Shown here piece after piece: positions 7,046-15,609 of a stretch of DNA of 64,000 nt. The stretch is from Escherichia phage vB_EcoM-Ro121c4YLVW. Below the pieces are notes generated by a model, which worked only from the letters and a program-made list of their open reading frames with translations, searched no databases and was not told where the DNA came from. The DNA is taken from the sequence record NC_052654.1; one strand, written 5' to 3'. Position 1 is the stretch's first letter, and every line of letters begins with the position of its first letter. The translations under genes were made by a program, and so were the position numbers.

Positions 7046-7512
7046 GAATTAAAGTAACTAAAGCTTACGATGATAACCCGAAGTTTATCTCTTTGAATAA
7101 GAGTTATGGTGTCGAAAACGGCGATGAGTTCGAGGTTATCGATCTTTTTGAGGACCACGGTTATATTGTCAAAGCCCCAATCACAGAGCAGGCTATTATC
7201 ATCTTACGCACAGAGGCTGTTGAGGTAGGTTCTGATGAGCCTCAATATGACAGCCCATACATGACAGAGTGGATCGTAGCTGTGGATGTTGGAGGTATGG
7301 TTTCTGTACTGAAGGCTCCTAATCTCCATCCTAGTTTTACAGAGAACGGTAAGACAGCTTTGGATTATGGGTTGCCAGAAGATGTTGAGAATACACCGCC
7401 AGGTATGTACCGTTGGATTTGCTCTTTCCATGAAGAGAAGGATTGGGAATCAGGGCTTGTTGATGATTGGCATTTTGAAGTGGAAAGTTCTTTTTTAATC
7501 ATGCCAGCTTAA
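7042..7512 (+). CDS. hypothetical protein
   Basis: ORF track; SD GGAGG. Confidence 0.5.
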   Translation: MRIKVTKAYDDNPKFISLNKSYGVENGDEFEVIDLFEDHGYIVKAPITEQAIIILRTEAVEVGSDEPQYDSPYMTEWIVAVDVGGMVSVLKAPNLHPSFTENGKTALDYGLPEDVENTPPGMYRWICSFHEEKDWESGLVDDWHFEVESSFLIMPA

Positions 7513-7522
7513 AGGAGGTTAT

Positions 7523-7867
7523 ATGAAAGTTTGGATAGATGATATGCGGAACCCAGCCGACTATGGACAGGAGGATGCAATTTGGTTTAAAACGTCACAA
7601 GAAGCTATGGCCTTTCTCAACGATCCTGCTAAACTGTATCGAAGAGTAACCGAGTGGTCTTTTGACAATGATTTAGGTATGGAGTCAGACCAAGATGGGT
7701 ATGATGTTTTCCTGTACCTGGAAGAACTTCTGGCGTTTGGTAAACCTTGCTTTGGTTCACCCACCATTTTCGTGCATACTTCTAATCCCGCCGCTGGGGA
7801 TAAATTCATGCTTGCAAAAGAATCTATGCTGCGTTATGGTATTAAAATGATTCGTGTGCACTACTAA
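7523..7867 (+). CDS. hypothetical protein
   Basis: ORF track; SD AGGAGG. Confidence 0.5.
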   Translation: MKVWIDDMRNPADYGQEDAIWFKTSQEAMAFLNDPAKLYRRVTEWSFDNDLGMESDQDGYDVFLYLEELLAFGKPCFGSPTIFVHTSNPAAGDKFMLAKESMLRYGIKMIRVHY

Positions 7868-7876
7868 GGAGAGAAC

Positions 7877-8020
7877 ATGCATCATTCGGTTTGGTCGGAA
7901 CAAGAAGAGGACGAAGGTTACTTTATCTACCGAGAAGAAGAGGATTGGCCCGACACAAGTAATGATCTTTTACTTCCAGACACTAGTTTTTTCGAGGATA
8001 ACTTAAGAGAGGAGGATTAG
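7877..8020 (+). CDS. small acidic hypothetical protein (about 47 aa)
   Basis: ATG after GGAGAG; fills gap between genes. Confidence 0.3.
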   Translation: MHHSVWSEQEEDEGYFIYREEEDWPDTSNDLLLPDTSFFEDNLREED

Positions 8021-8026
8021 GAAACA

Positions 8027-8383
8027 ATGAGTGGTATTGAAAACAATATTTGTTACCAACCTCTTACCTGGATGGGTGAGGGTCATTATGCGCAACGTGT
8101 TATCGTCTGTGCTGCAAATAAGTATATTTTGAATAATGGTGAAGAGTTAATTATTCCTTGTGTTCGACATGCAAATCCTGTACTATATGCACAGTTAAAC
8201 GTGTTGAAAGAAGCAGGTGTAATCAACAAAACTTTGTGCACACCAGATAATCAAGGCTTTATCGATCAGTATTACAATTGGTGGAGTCGTGCGGATGCTT
8301 ACATCATCGCGGAAAATGCTGACCAGATCGACCATGAGCGTAATGGTCACGACCATGAATTATTTAGCGAGGGATTATACTAA
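8027..8383 (+). CDS. hypothetical protein
   Basis: ORF track; SD GGAGGA. Confidence 0.5.
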   Translation: MSGIENNICYQPLTWMGEGHYAQRVIVCAANKYILNNGEELIIPCVRHANPVLYAQLNVLKEAGVINKTLCTPDNQGFIDQYYNWWSRADAYIIAENADQIDHERNGHDHELFSEGLY

Positions 8384-8934
8384 TGTTTATTACAAGCGAT
8401 TTGCATTTTATGCATAAACGTATTCGAGAGTTTGCTCCTGAATATCGTCCGTGGGAAGATATGGACCACATGACAGAAGCCTTGATCGAAGCATGGAACA
8501 AATGTGCTACTACTCCTGGTGTTAAGATGTGGCATTTGGGCGACTTCTGTTTCGGAACTGAAGAAGATACCCGTAAAATTGCTTCTCGTCTCCAAGGAGA
8601 TATCACCTACTGTGTTGGGAACCATGACTACAGCAAACACCGAGAAGTGCTTGCAGAGTATGGTGAAGTGGTGTATTATGACGAAGTGAAATATCAGAAG
8701 CTGTTCTTCGTCTTAAGTCATTACCCTATGGCCTCCTGGAATAAACAAGGTCGTGGATCAATCATGCTACACGGGCATTCCCACGGATCTTTCCCTGATG
8801 AAGCTTATGGTAAAATGTTAGATGTGGGTTGGGATGCACACGGAAAAATCTTGCATTTTGATGAGATAATTTCTATGATGAGTAAACGAGATATCGTGAC
8901 TGTAGACCATCACAAAATAATCAAAGGAGAGTAA
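8383..8934 (+). CDS. calcineurin-like metallophosphoesterase
   Basis: Motifs SDLH, GDFxFG, GNHD, GHSHG (metallophosphatase signature); ATGA overlap with upstream gene. Confidence 0.65.
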   Translation: MFITSDLHFMHKRIREFAPEYRPWEDMDHMTEALIEAWNKCATTPGVKMWHLGDFCFGTEEDTRKIASRLQGDITYCVGNHDYSKHREVLAEYGEVVYYDEVKYQKLFFVLSHYPMASWNKQGRGSIMLHGHSHGSFPDEAYGKMLDVGWDAHGKILHFDEIISMMSKRDIVTVDHHKIIKGE

Positions 8935-8935
8935 T

Positions 8936-9868
8936 GTGACTAAATTTAATTGCGACGATTTGGTTGAAAAAGGTTTAGTTCATAAGAAAACATATAAAGA
9001 AGGAGAGTATTCTGGTCTATCTGTTCTTAAGTATAAGAACAAAGTTTTCTGGGATAACTTATGGAGCATTGATTCTCGTCTTCTAGAATGTCGCGGAATC
9101 GTTGTTGATGCTGATGACAATGTTGTTATTTGGCCTTTCACTAAGATTTTTAATCGTTTTGAGAATGGCACAGATCTACCATTGGATGAACTTGTAGATG
9201 TGGTTCGTAAAGTAAATGGTTTTATGGCCTCTGTAGGTGTATATAAAGGTCAACTTATTGTATCGACAACAGGAAGCCTTGAATCAGATTTTGCAAGTAT
9301 TGCAAAGAATCGTATTGTTTCAGAGTGTGATGACATAGAACATTTCATCAAATGGACAGAGAGTGCAAAAGCAACTTTCCTTTTTGAAATCTGTGATCCT
9401 TCTGATCCGCATATTGTCGAAGAAGAACCAGGTGCATACTTAATTGGTGCCAGAATTCAAAATCCTGATGGGACAAGTTTTATGTTACCTGAAGGTGCTC
9501 TTGATGGAATTGCTTCTGTCACCAAATTTAAGCGTCCTGAAGTTCATCCAATGGTTAAGTTTTCAGATGTTGTTGAAATGTCTAAACATTGTAAACACGA
9601 AGGGTTTGTAGTTCGTGAAACAAACTATCCGTTCAACTTACTTTTAAAAATTAAATCACCACACTATCTTACTAAGAAGTTTCTTATGCGCGGTGGAGAT
9701 AAAAAGTGGGATCTGATTTGGGATAATCCAAAAAATGCCAAACAAATGGTTGACGAAGAATATTACGCTTTGTTAGAATGGATTCGAAATAATTTTACGA
9801 AGACTCAATGGGCTGCTTTAAATCAGCAAGAGCGACGTGAAAAAATCGAAAACTTTTTTGGAGGATAA
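8936..9868 (+). CDS. ligase-family nucleotidyltransferase, RNA-ligase-like (motif I KVNG, motif V EGFVVRE)
   Basis: GTG start; lysine nucleotidyltransferase motifs with Asn in place of Asp in motif I; sits between phosphoesterase and polynucleotide kinase. Confidence 0.45.
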   Translation: MTKFNCDDLVEKGLVHKKTYKEGEYSGLSVLKYKNKVFWDNLWSIDSRLLECRGIVVDADDNVVIWPFTKIFNRFENGTDLPLDELVDVVRKVNGFMASVGVYKGQLIVSTTGSLESDFASIAKNRIVSECDDIEHFIKWTESAKATFLFEICDPSDPHIVEEEPGAYLIGARIQNPDGTSFMLPEGALDGIASVTKFKRPEVHPMVKFSDVVEMSKHCKHEGFVVRETNYPFNLLLKIKSPHYLTKKFLMRGGDKKWDLIWDNPKNAKQMVDEEYYALLEWIRNNFTKTQWAALNQQERREKIENFFGG

Positions 9869-10273
9869 ATGAAACAACTTATCATTTTACGTGGCGTTTC
9901 AGGTGCTGGTAAATCTACAGTAGCAGAAATTATTTCTGAAGGTTATTGGCCTATCTGTGAGGCAGATCAATATCATTACACAGAGAGTGGTGTTTACGAT
10001 TGGAAGCCAGAAAATGTAGGTAAAGCACACGCATGGTGTCAGGGTATTGTTCGTGATGCTATGGCATCTAATCTTAACAAGATTATTGTTTCTAATACTT
10101 CAACCACAGAGAAAGAACTTAAACCTTATCTAGCTCTTGCTGAAGAGTTTGGTTATCAAGTTATCTCTTTAATTGTTGAAAATAGGCACGGTAATGATTC
10201 AATTCACGAGGTTCCACAATATATCCGTGATCAGCAAGAGAAACGTCTTCGTGGTTCACTTAAACTTCAATAA
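9869..10273 (+). CDS. P-loop polynucleotide-kinase-like protein
   Basis: Walker A GVSGAGKST at N-terminus, size and layout like the T4 Pnk kinase domain. Confidence 0.55.
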   Translation: MKQLIILRGVSGAGKSTVAEIISEGYWPICEADQYHYTESGVYDWKPENVGKAHAWCQGIVRDAMASNLNKIIVSNTSTTEKELKPYLALAEEFGYQVISLIVENRHGNDSIHEVPQYIRDQQEKRLRGSLKLQ

Positions 10274-10282
10274 GGAGAAATA

Positions 10283-10609
10283 ATGCAGATTTATACAGAT
10301 GATCGTAAATATGAGACAATTTTAGATGAAGATACTGGACGAATTACCGTTCTCCGTCACGGTGAAGAGTGGCGTGATGAAACGGGAGACAATTATATCT
10401 TGTCTCTGATTCATCTTATTGAACAAATGCGTGATGATTACGCTGAACTGCATTATGAAAATGAGGCTAATAAAGTAAAATTTGAAAATGAATTAGAAGA
10501 GAAAGAATCCGAAATGGTATATCTAAAAGAAGAGATCTCCCGTTTGGAGGAAGAGATTGATGCTCTTCAAGAAGAGATTTACGAACTCAACAACGAACTG
10601 AACGCTTAA
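10283..10609 (+). CDS. hypothetical coiled-coil protein
   Basis: ORF track; E/L-rich heptads. Confidence 0.45.
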   Translation: MQIYTDDRKYETILDEDTGRITVLRHGEEWRDETGDNYILSLIHLIEQMRDDYAELHYENEANKVKFENELEEKESEMVYLKEEISRLEEEIDALQEEIYELNNELNA

Positions 10610-10618
10610 GGAGGGATT

Positions 10619-10810
10619 ATGAAAAAAGATATCGTTGTTGTTGGTTGGCTGACTTGCCCTTGTGGTAGTAATGACATAACTGTAAACACAGAGGGTGATA
10701 AAAATTATTTATTCTACGGGGATAAAATCACTTGCAATACCTGCGGACGTGTTGGTATTATAGAAACCGATGATTGTTGTGCTTTTGAATCTTGGGATGA
10801 AGAAGAATGA
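10619..10810 (+). CDS. small zinc-ribbon protein (CPCG...CNTCG)
   Basis: ORF track; two CxxC pairs. Confidence 0.45.
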   Translation: MKKDIVVVGWLTCPCGSNDITVNTEGDKNYLFYGDKITCNTCGRVGIIETDDCCAFESWDEEE

Positions 10811-11028
10811 GTACTGCATTTTATGTTCGTAGCGGAGACGAGGATTTTCTAGCTACTTTTGATGACGGTGATCTTGAAGATATGTATGAAGATATGCTTG
10901 ACTATGCCAAAGGGCAAGGTTTCACAAGCATTGATTATATGTTGGCAACATCTACAACGTTACTCGACGCAGATTTGGATGAAGTGTGTAACAGATTGAA
11001 AATTTCAGTTTTTAAATGGGAGGACTAA
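10807..11028 (+). CDS. hypothetical acidic protein
   Basis: ORF track. Confidence 0.4.
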   Translation: MSTAFYVRSGDEDFLATFDDGDLEDMYEDMLDYAKGQGFTSIDYMLATSTTLLDADLDEVCNRLKISVFKWED

Positions 11029-12143
11029 TGCAACAAACAAATCAAACGCTGTATGGTAAAGATTCAAAAGGAAAACTTAAACAGTGGACAGTATATACAG
11101 ATGGTGCAGTTGTTACTGTAGCTCATGGAAGAGTAGGTGGAAAGATCACAGAAAAATCTTATACAGCAGAAGCAAAAAACATTGGTCGTTCCAATGAAAC
11201 AACACCGGAAGAACAAGCTGAACTTGAAGCTTTTGCCAAATGGACAAAACAGTTAAAGAATGGCTATTATAAAACAAAAGAAGAAGCTGAAAACCATGTT
11301 CCTTCCACACCAATGAAATGCCAGGATTATAAAGATTATCCTGAAAGGGTTGTGTTCCCTGGTTATGCACAATACAAACTGAACGGGTTACGTTCTATGA
11401 TTAACATGAAAGGGGAGTGTTTATCAAAAGCTGGGGAAGTGTATAACCTGCCACCTCATTGGAAAGGTATTCCAAACTTTATTAGTGAAGTTGTTGGTCA
11501 TCCTCTTGATGGTGAAGTGTTTGCTGGGTTAGGTGTCCTTAGTCTGCAACAAATTAACAGTGCTTGGAAGAAGCATAATGCAAATACACCTTTGCTGAAT
11601 TATTACGTATACGATATTCCAGTTCCAGGTCTACCGTTTGAAAAACGTGTTGATGCTCTTGCTGCTCTTAAGGCAGTAGTTGAAGATTATGGTCTTGACG
11701 AGCTTATTTGTGTAGTTCATACAGAGTATATTGAAAACCAAGAGCAGTTTGACGCTTTCTATGAAAAAGCTTTACTTGAGAAAGCTGAAGGTGTAGTATA
11801 TCGTAATGCTCACGGAGTTTACGAATTTGATAAACGTTCTTATGACGTTATTAAACGTAAGCCTCGCCACACCCTTGAAGTTAAAGTAACAAATTCAAAA
11901 AGCGATAAAAATGGCGATGGAGTGTTGACAGGTGAGATGGAAAATGGTAAAGTAGTCGAATTCTTAATGCGTAAAGATGCTCATGAGACTATCAATTATC
12001 GTAAAGCAGAGAATGCTTCTACCTTGATTAATCAGTTCGTTGAAATAGAGTATGAAGAATTTTCAGATGAAGGTATTCCAACAAAACCTGTTGGTGTTCG
12101 TATTCGAGAAATGATCCTAGGCACTTGGGAACCAGCAGAGTAA
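11016..12143 (+). CDS. ATP-dependent nucleic-acid ligase-like nucleotidyltransferase (motif I KLNGLR, III LDGEV, V EGVVYR) with N-terminal WGR-like domain
   Basis: Covalent nucleotidyltransferase motifs in correct order; motif I Asp replaced by Asn. Confidence 0.5.
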   Translation: MGGLMQQTNQTLYGKDSKGKLKQWTVYTDGAVVTVAHGRVGGKITEKSYTAEAKNIGRSNETTPEEQAELEAFAKWTKQLKNGYYKTKEEAENHVPSTPMKCQDYKDYPERVVFPGYAQYKLNGLRSMINMKGECLSKAGEVYNLPPHWKGIPNFISEVVGHPLDGEVFAGLGVLSLQQINSAWKKHNANTPLLNYYVYDIPVPGLPFEKRVDALAALKAVVEDYGLDELICVVHTEYIENQEQFDAFYEKALLEKAEGVVYRNAHGVYEFDKRSYDVIKRKPRHTLEVKVTNSKSDKNGDGVLTGEMENGKVVEFLMRKDAHETINYRKAENASTLINQFVEIEYEEFSDEGIPTKPVGVRIREMILGTWEPAE

Positions 12144-12152
12144 GGAGGAAAA

Positions 12153-12347
12153 ATGTTCTTAGCCATTTTAATCGTTTTCAGTGTACTTTCTTTTTATTGT
12201 ATGAATGCTTCGGAAAACTTTCCTAAGAATTCAAAGAAAAGAACCGTATGTGTTGTGATTGATTCATGTATGTCTGGAGTTGGGTATGCGGTAGTTTCTT
12301 GTTTCTTAGCTTATCATTGTTCAAAATACCTGGAGGCATTTTTATGA
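12153..12347 (+). CDS. small membrane protein
   Basis: ORF track; SD AGGAGG; two hydrophobic helices. Confidence 0.45.
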   Translation: MFLAILIVFSVLSFYCMNASENFPKNSKKRTVCVVIDSCMSGVGYAVVSCFLAYHCSKYLEAFL

Positions 12348-12526
12348 TAATTTTAGCAACAATTCTTATGATGCTGATAGCAATTGCTATTGTAATTCTG
12401 GCATCTTTTCCAGCGGATAAATGGTATTTCAATATTCCACGTATGCTTGTTTTCGGTTTCGCAGGAATTTACATGGGTGAGACTGTAGTAAATATTAGCA
12501 ACTTTCTAGAAAGCTATTTTAAATAA
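12344..12526 (+). CDS. small membrane protein
   Basis: Internal Met of ORF 12266..12526 after GGAGG; hydrophobic. Confidence 0.4.
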   Translation: MIILATILMMLIAIAIVILASFPADKWYFNIPRMLVFGFAGIYMGETVVNISNFLESYFK

Positions 12527-12535
12527 GGAGTTATA

Positions 12536-13261
12536 ATGATCGAGAATTTTTTTAAAGATATTAAGTTCGATACTGAATTTTTCAAAAATGCAGCGAAGCA
12601 CGTGATTGATTGGAATGCTAAAGCACGAGGTGGTGAACAACCTGAATTCACTCAAGAGCTATTTATGTCCCAAATCGGATTCGTTCGTGAAGAGCTTAAA
12701 GAGTATGAAACAGCCGCGAAAGTAAACGATCATGTAGAACTCTTGGATGCAGCAGCGGATATTTTTGTAGTATCCAGTTATCTGACCTACATGTTCTTTG
12801 GTGAAGAACATACGATGAATTTCTTGGACTATGCTGTAGGCGATGTTTTTACTCCAACTGTGTATACTGATTTTGATGCTTTGGAACAAACATTTACAGA
12901 GCCAGTTCAAATGGCACTAATGGCTGCTGGTATTATGCGTATGTCTCGTGACACTCTAATCCGTTCAAAATATCCAGAAAAGAAAGTTATTAAAGAGGTA
13001 TTGAAAAGTAATGATTCCAAGTATCCAACTAAACAACAGTTGCTGAAAACTTGGAAAACTTCGGATATCGATTCAGCCATTGCACAAGAATGCGCTGCAA
13101 TTGAAGAACGAAATGCCAATCGTCCAGAAGGGGCATACACTGGTGTTCATGCTGTTTATAATGAAAAACAGAAAGTGTATGTGTTCTTTGATGATAAAGG
13201 TAAGATCATGAAACCATCGACCTTTGTCAAACCTAATATTGCAGGTATTATTAACAAGTAA
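12536..13261 (+). CDS. MazG-like nucleotide pyrophosphohydrolase (tentative)
   Basis: All-alpha profile with E-x-x-E...D acidic motif (EELKEYE...DAAADI). Confidence 0.35.
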   Translation: MIENFFKDIKFDTEFFKNAAKHVIDWNAKARGGEQPEFTQELFMSQIGFVREELKEYETAAKVNDHVELLDAAADIFVVSSYLTYMFFGEEHTMNFLDYAVGDVFTPTVYTDFDALEQTFTEPVQMALMAAGIMRMSRDTLIRSKYPEKKVIKEVLKSNDSKYPTKQQLLKTWKTSDIDSAIAQECAAIEERNANRPEGAYTGVHAVYNEKQKVYVFFDDKGKIMKPSTFVKPNIAGIINK

Positions 13262-13317
13262 TGTTGTAAGCCGCCCTTTACGGGCGGTAATGTGAGATGT
13301 ATTAAATAGGAGGAAAC

Positions 13318-14196
13318 ATGTTTGTAAAATCTTTTAAATCCGCTCTGCCTATGGTTGTTGGTGACAATGCTTCTGTAGCATCCCTTAACAGCATTACAGA
13401 TATTCCTCTGGAATTTGTAACAGCAGAAGGCTCCCAGTCACACACTATCGGTCTTGTTCGTTTCGAAGATGACTCTAAATTTGTAAAAGAGTTTTCAGAT
13501 CTTGAACTGCTTAATGTAGGTCAATCTGTGAAGAAGGTAGATAAAAAGAAAGTTAAACGTATTCTGAATGAACGTCTAGAAGAAATGCGTCAGGACATGG
13601 AGAGCGAAGGTAAAGAGTTTTATGTCGATAAAGAAGTAGTCAAAGCAATGAAGGAAGATATTGAATTTGCACTATTGCCTGAAACAGAACCTGAAGATTT
13701 CTTTAACTATGTTGTCTTGGATAAAACTACGAATCTTCTTTATGTTCTTAATGGAAGTAAAAAGGTTGCAGAAGAGATTACTTCTTTCCTCCGTTCCGTT
13801 CTGGGGACTTTCCCTTCGGTAGGTTTTAGTGTGCACGAAGAAGCTATTGTAAAAGGTTTTGGTGAATTGCTGGAGAATCACGAAGCAGATCGTATTACTC
13901 TCGGAAATTATATCAAAATGGAGGATAGCGAGGGCGTTGTTGTTTGGAGTAAAGAATCCCTATACGAGTCTAAAGCTGTCGAACTAAAAGAAGATGGTAA
14001 AGATGTTGTTGCAATCGGTCTTGAATATGACGGTGTTGTAGATTTCGTAGTGGATAAAGAGTTTAAACTTTCTAAACTACGTTTTCCGAAATATTTTGCA
14101 GACGAAGAAGGCAGTATTGAAGCTTCAGTCCTTCTGTGCTTCAATGAGATTCGAGGTCTGATGGAAGATTTAACCAAAGCAACAATCCTTAAATAA
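13318..14196 (+). CDS. rdgC: RdgC-like recombination-associated protein
   Basis: Length about 290 aa and internal block VVLDKTTNLLYVLNGSKKVAEEITSFLRSVLG resembling E. coli RdgC (recalled, not aligned). Confidence 0.45.
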   Translation: MFVKSFKSALPMVVGDNASVASLNSITDIPLEFVTAEGSQSHTIGLVRFEDDSKFVKEFSDLELLNVGQSVKKVDKKKVKRILNERLEEMRQDMESEGKEFYVDKEVVKAMKEDIEFALLPETEPEDFFNYVVLDKTTNLLYVLNGSKKVAEEITSFLRSVLGTFPSVGFSVHEEAIVKGFGELLENHEADRITLGNYIKMEDSEGVVVWSKESLYESKAVELKEDGKDVVAIGLEYDGVVDFVVDKEFKLSKLRFPKYFADEEGSIEASVLLCFNEIRGLMEDLTKATILK

Positions 14197-14200
14197 GTTC

Positions 14201-14229
14201 TTGACTTGCGGGATTAGTTATGATATTAT
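14201..14229 (+). promoter_or_regulatory. sigma70-like promoter TTGACT-N17-TATTAT
   Basis: Direct reading; followed immediately by hairpin 14230-14258. Confidence 0.5.
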
Positions 14230-14258
14230 GCCTACCTACTTAATGAGGTAGGCTTTTT
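14230..14258 (+). terminator. hairpin CCTACCT..AGGTAGG + TTTTT (terminator/attenuator in 5' leader)
   Basis: 7-bp inverted repeat followed by T-run, then SD of next gene. Confidence 0.4.
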
Positions 14259-14268
14259 AGGAGGCGTT

Positions 14269-14478
14269 ATGAAAAAGATTCTGACAGTCGTTCTTTTAGC
14301 TTTTAGTTTCACAGTAGCAGCAGGTCAAATTACTTTAATCTTGTCTGATTCTGAAGTTAATGGCAATACAAAATATTGCTACTATTCTAACGCTAACCAA
14401 GATGAAGTTATAGCAATCCCGAAAAGTCGTCAATGTCCGTATACTAAAACATTCTCAACAGAGGATGACGATGAATAA
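14269..14478 (+). CDS. small secreted protein (signal peptide)
   Basis: ORF track; N-terminal MKKILTVVLLAFSFTVAAGQ. Confidence 0.5.
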   Translation: MKKILTVVLLAFSFTVAAGQITLILSDSEVNGNTKYCYYSNANQDEVIAIPKSRQCPYTKTFSTEDDDE

Positions 14479-14490
14479 TTAGGGGGAAAT

Positions 14491-15609
14491 ATTAGCGGTT
14501 ATATTTTAATTAAACCTGAAGATCTTCATTTATATGTCAACGAAGAAACAATAGCTGCAATTGATTATGATCAGATCGCTTTCCAAGCAGCGTCTGCATT
14601 AGAGAAAAGAACAATCATTGCGAAGCACATCCCTTCAGGTGCTCAAAAGGAATTTAAAAATAAGACAGAGTTTTGGGGTAAAAGCAAGACTAAAATTGGA
14701 GGTTGGCTAGGAGATACAAATGCAGAAAGAGCCTCCAAAAACAAACGTCCCTTCACAAAGGAAGAGTTCGAAATCATTGATAAGCAATACCCGCCAGAAG
14801 ATATCGGACACACCTTCCAAGCAGCTAAAACAAAAGTCTTAGGTATTCTAAAACATCTACGTTTAGAAAAATATTGCGGAGTTATTGGCGTAGGAAAAAC
14901 TTTCAGACACGCCTTCAAAATGCCTGTAGAATATAAGTCTGAACGATTAGATATCAAACCACTTCAGCTTTCAGAAACCAAAGATTATCTTGTGGAGTTC
15001 CACAATGGTGATGTTGTTACTGTAATAGAGGCTGATGATGAGTTAGAGAAGTATGGTTTCCAAGGTTATAAAGATTATAAAAGGACGGGTAAATTTTCTT
15101 ATATCGTAGTGTCTATAGATAAAGATAGTTTACATACTCCTAGTATCCTTTTTAATTTCTACAAAGAGGATGGAGTATTTAAAAATCCAGATATAATTCT
15201 TATTGACGAGTCTATTGGCGATATATGGATCGTAGATAAAGGTAAAAAGAAAGAAGTTAAAGGTTGGGGCAGTTACTGGTTAGCATATCAGATGCTAATG
15301 GGAGATAAAACAGATAGTATCCGACCTTATCAAGATTTTGATATTAAGTTCGGAGATATTACTTGTTTTAATCTTCTTTCAGCTTGTAAAACTCAAGCAG
15401 AACTTTTCCAAACAGTTAAAGATACTTACTACTCATGGTTCCCAGATGGTGTTAATTTTACTTCTTGGGATGGAGAAGAAGTCCATATGACAACAGATGA
15501 ATGGATAGAAACAATTTTCCAGTTGGTATACATGAAACGCTGGGATAATGACGATACAACATTTGAGAGTATGCTTCAGTCATACATCTCGCAACAGGAG
15601 GCAGAGTGA
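14491..15609 (+). CDS. rnh: RNase H / 5'-3' exonuclease (T4 rnh, FEN family), apparently starting at a non-AUG (ATT) codon
   Basis: 147 sense codons upstream of the first ATG (14920); upstream part IAAIDYDQIAFQAA resembles T4 RNase H ICLIDFSQIALSTA; H3TH-like LMGDKTDSIRPY; SD AGGGGG 4 nt before ATT 14491. Confidence 0.6.
   Translation: MSGYILIKPEDLHLYVNEETIAAIDYDQIAFQAASALEKRTIIAKHIPSGAQKEFKNKTEFWGKSKTKIGGWLGDTNAERASKNKRPFTKEEFEIIDKQYPPEDIGHTFQAAKTKVLGILKHLRLEKYCGVIGVGKTFRHAFKMPVEYKSERLDIKPLQLSETKDYLVEFHNGDVVTVIEADDELEKYGFQGYKDYKRTGKFSYIVVSIDKDSLHTPSILFNFYKEDGVFKNPDIILIDESIGDIWIVDKGKKKEVKGWGSYWLAYQMLMGDKTDSIRPYQDFDIKFGDITCFNLLSACKTQAELFQTVKDTYYSWFPDGVNFTSWDGEEVHMTTDEWIETIFQLVYMKRWDNDDTTFESMLQSYISQQEAE

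Noticed and set aside
8936-12143. Calling 11016..12143 the replicative DNA ligase (T4 gp30 equivalent)
   Set aside because: Motif I is K-L-N-G-L-R rather than strict K-x-D-G-x-R and the protein is shorter than T4 gp30; kept as ligase-family nucleotidyltransferase of unresolved DNA/RNA specificity.
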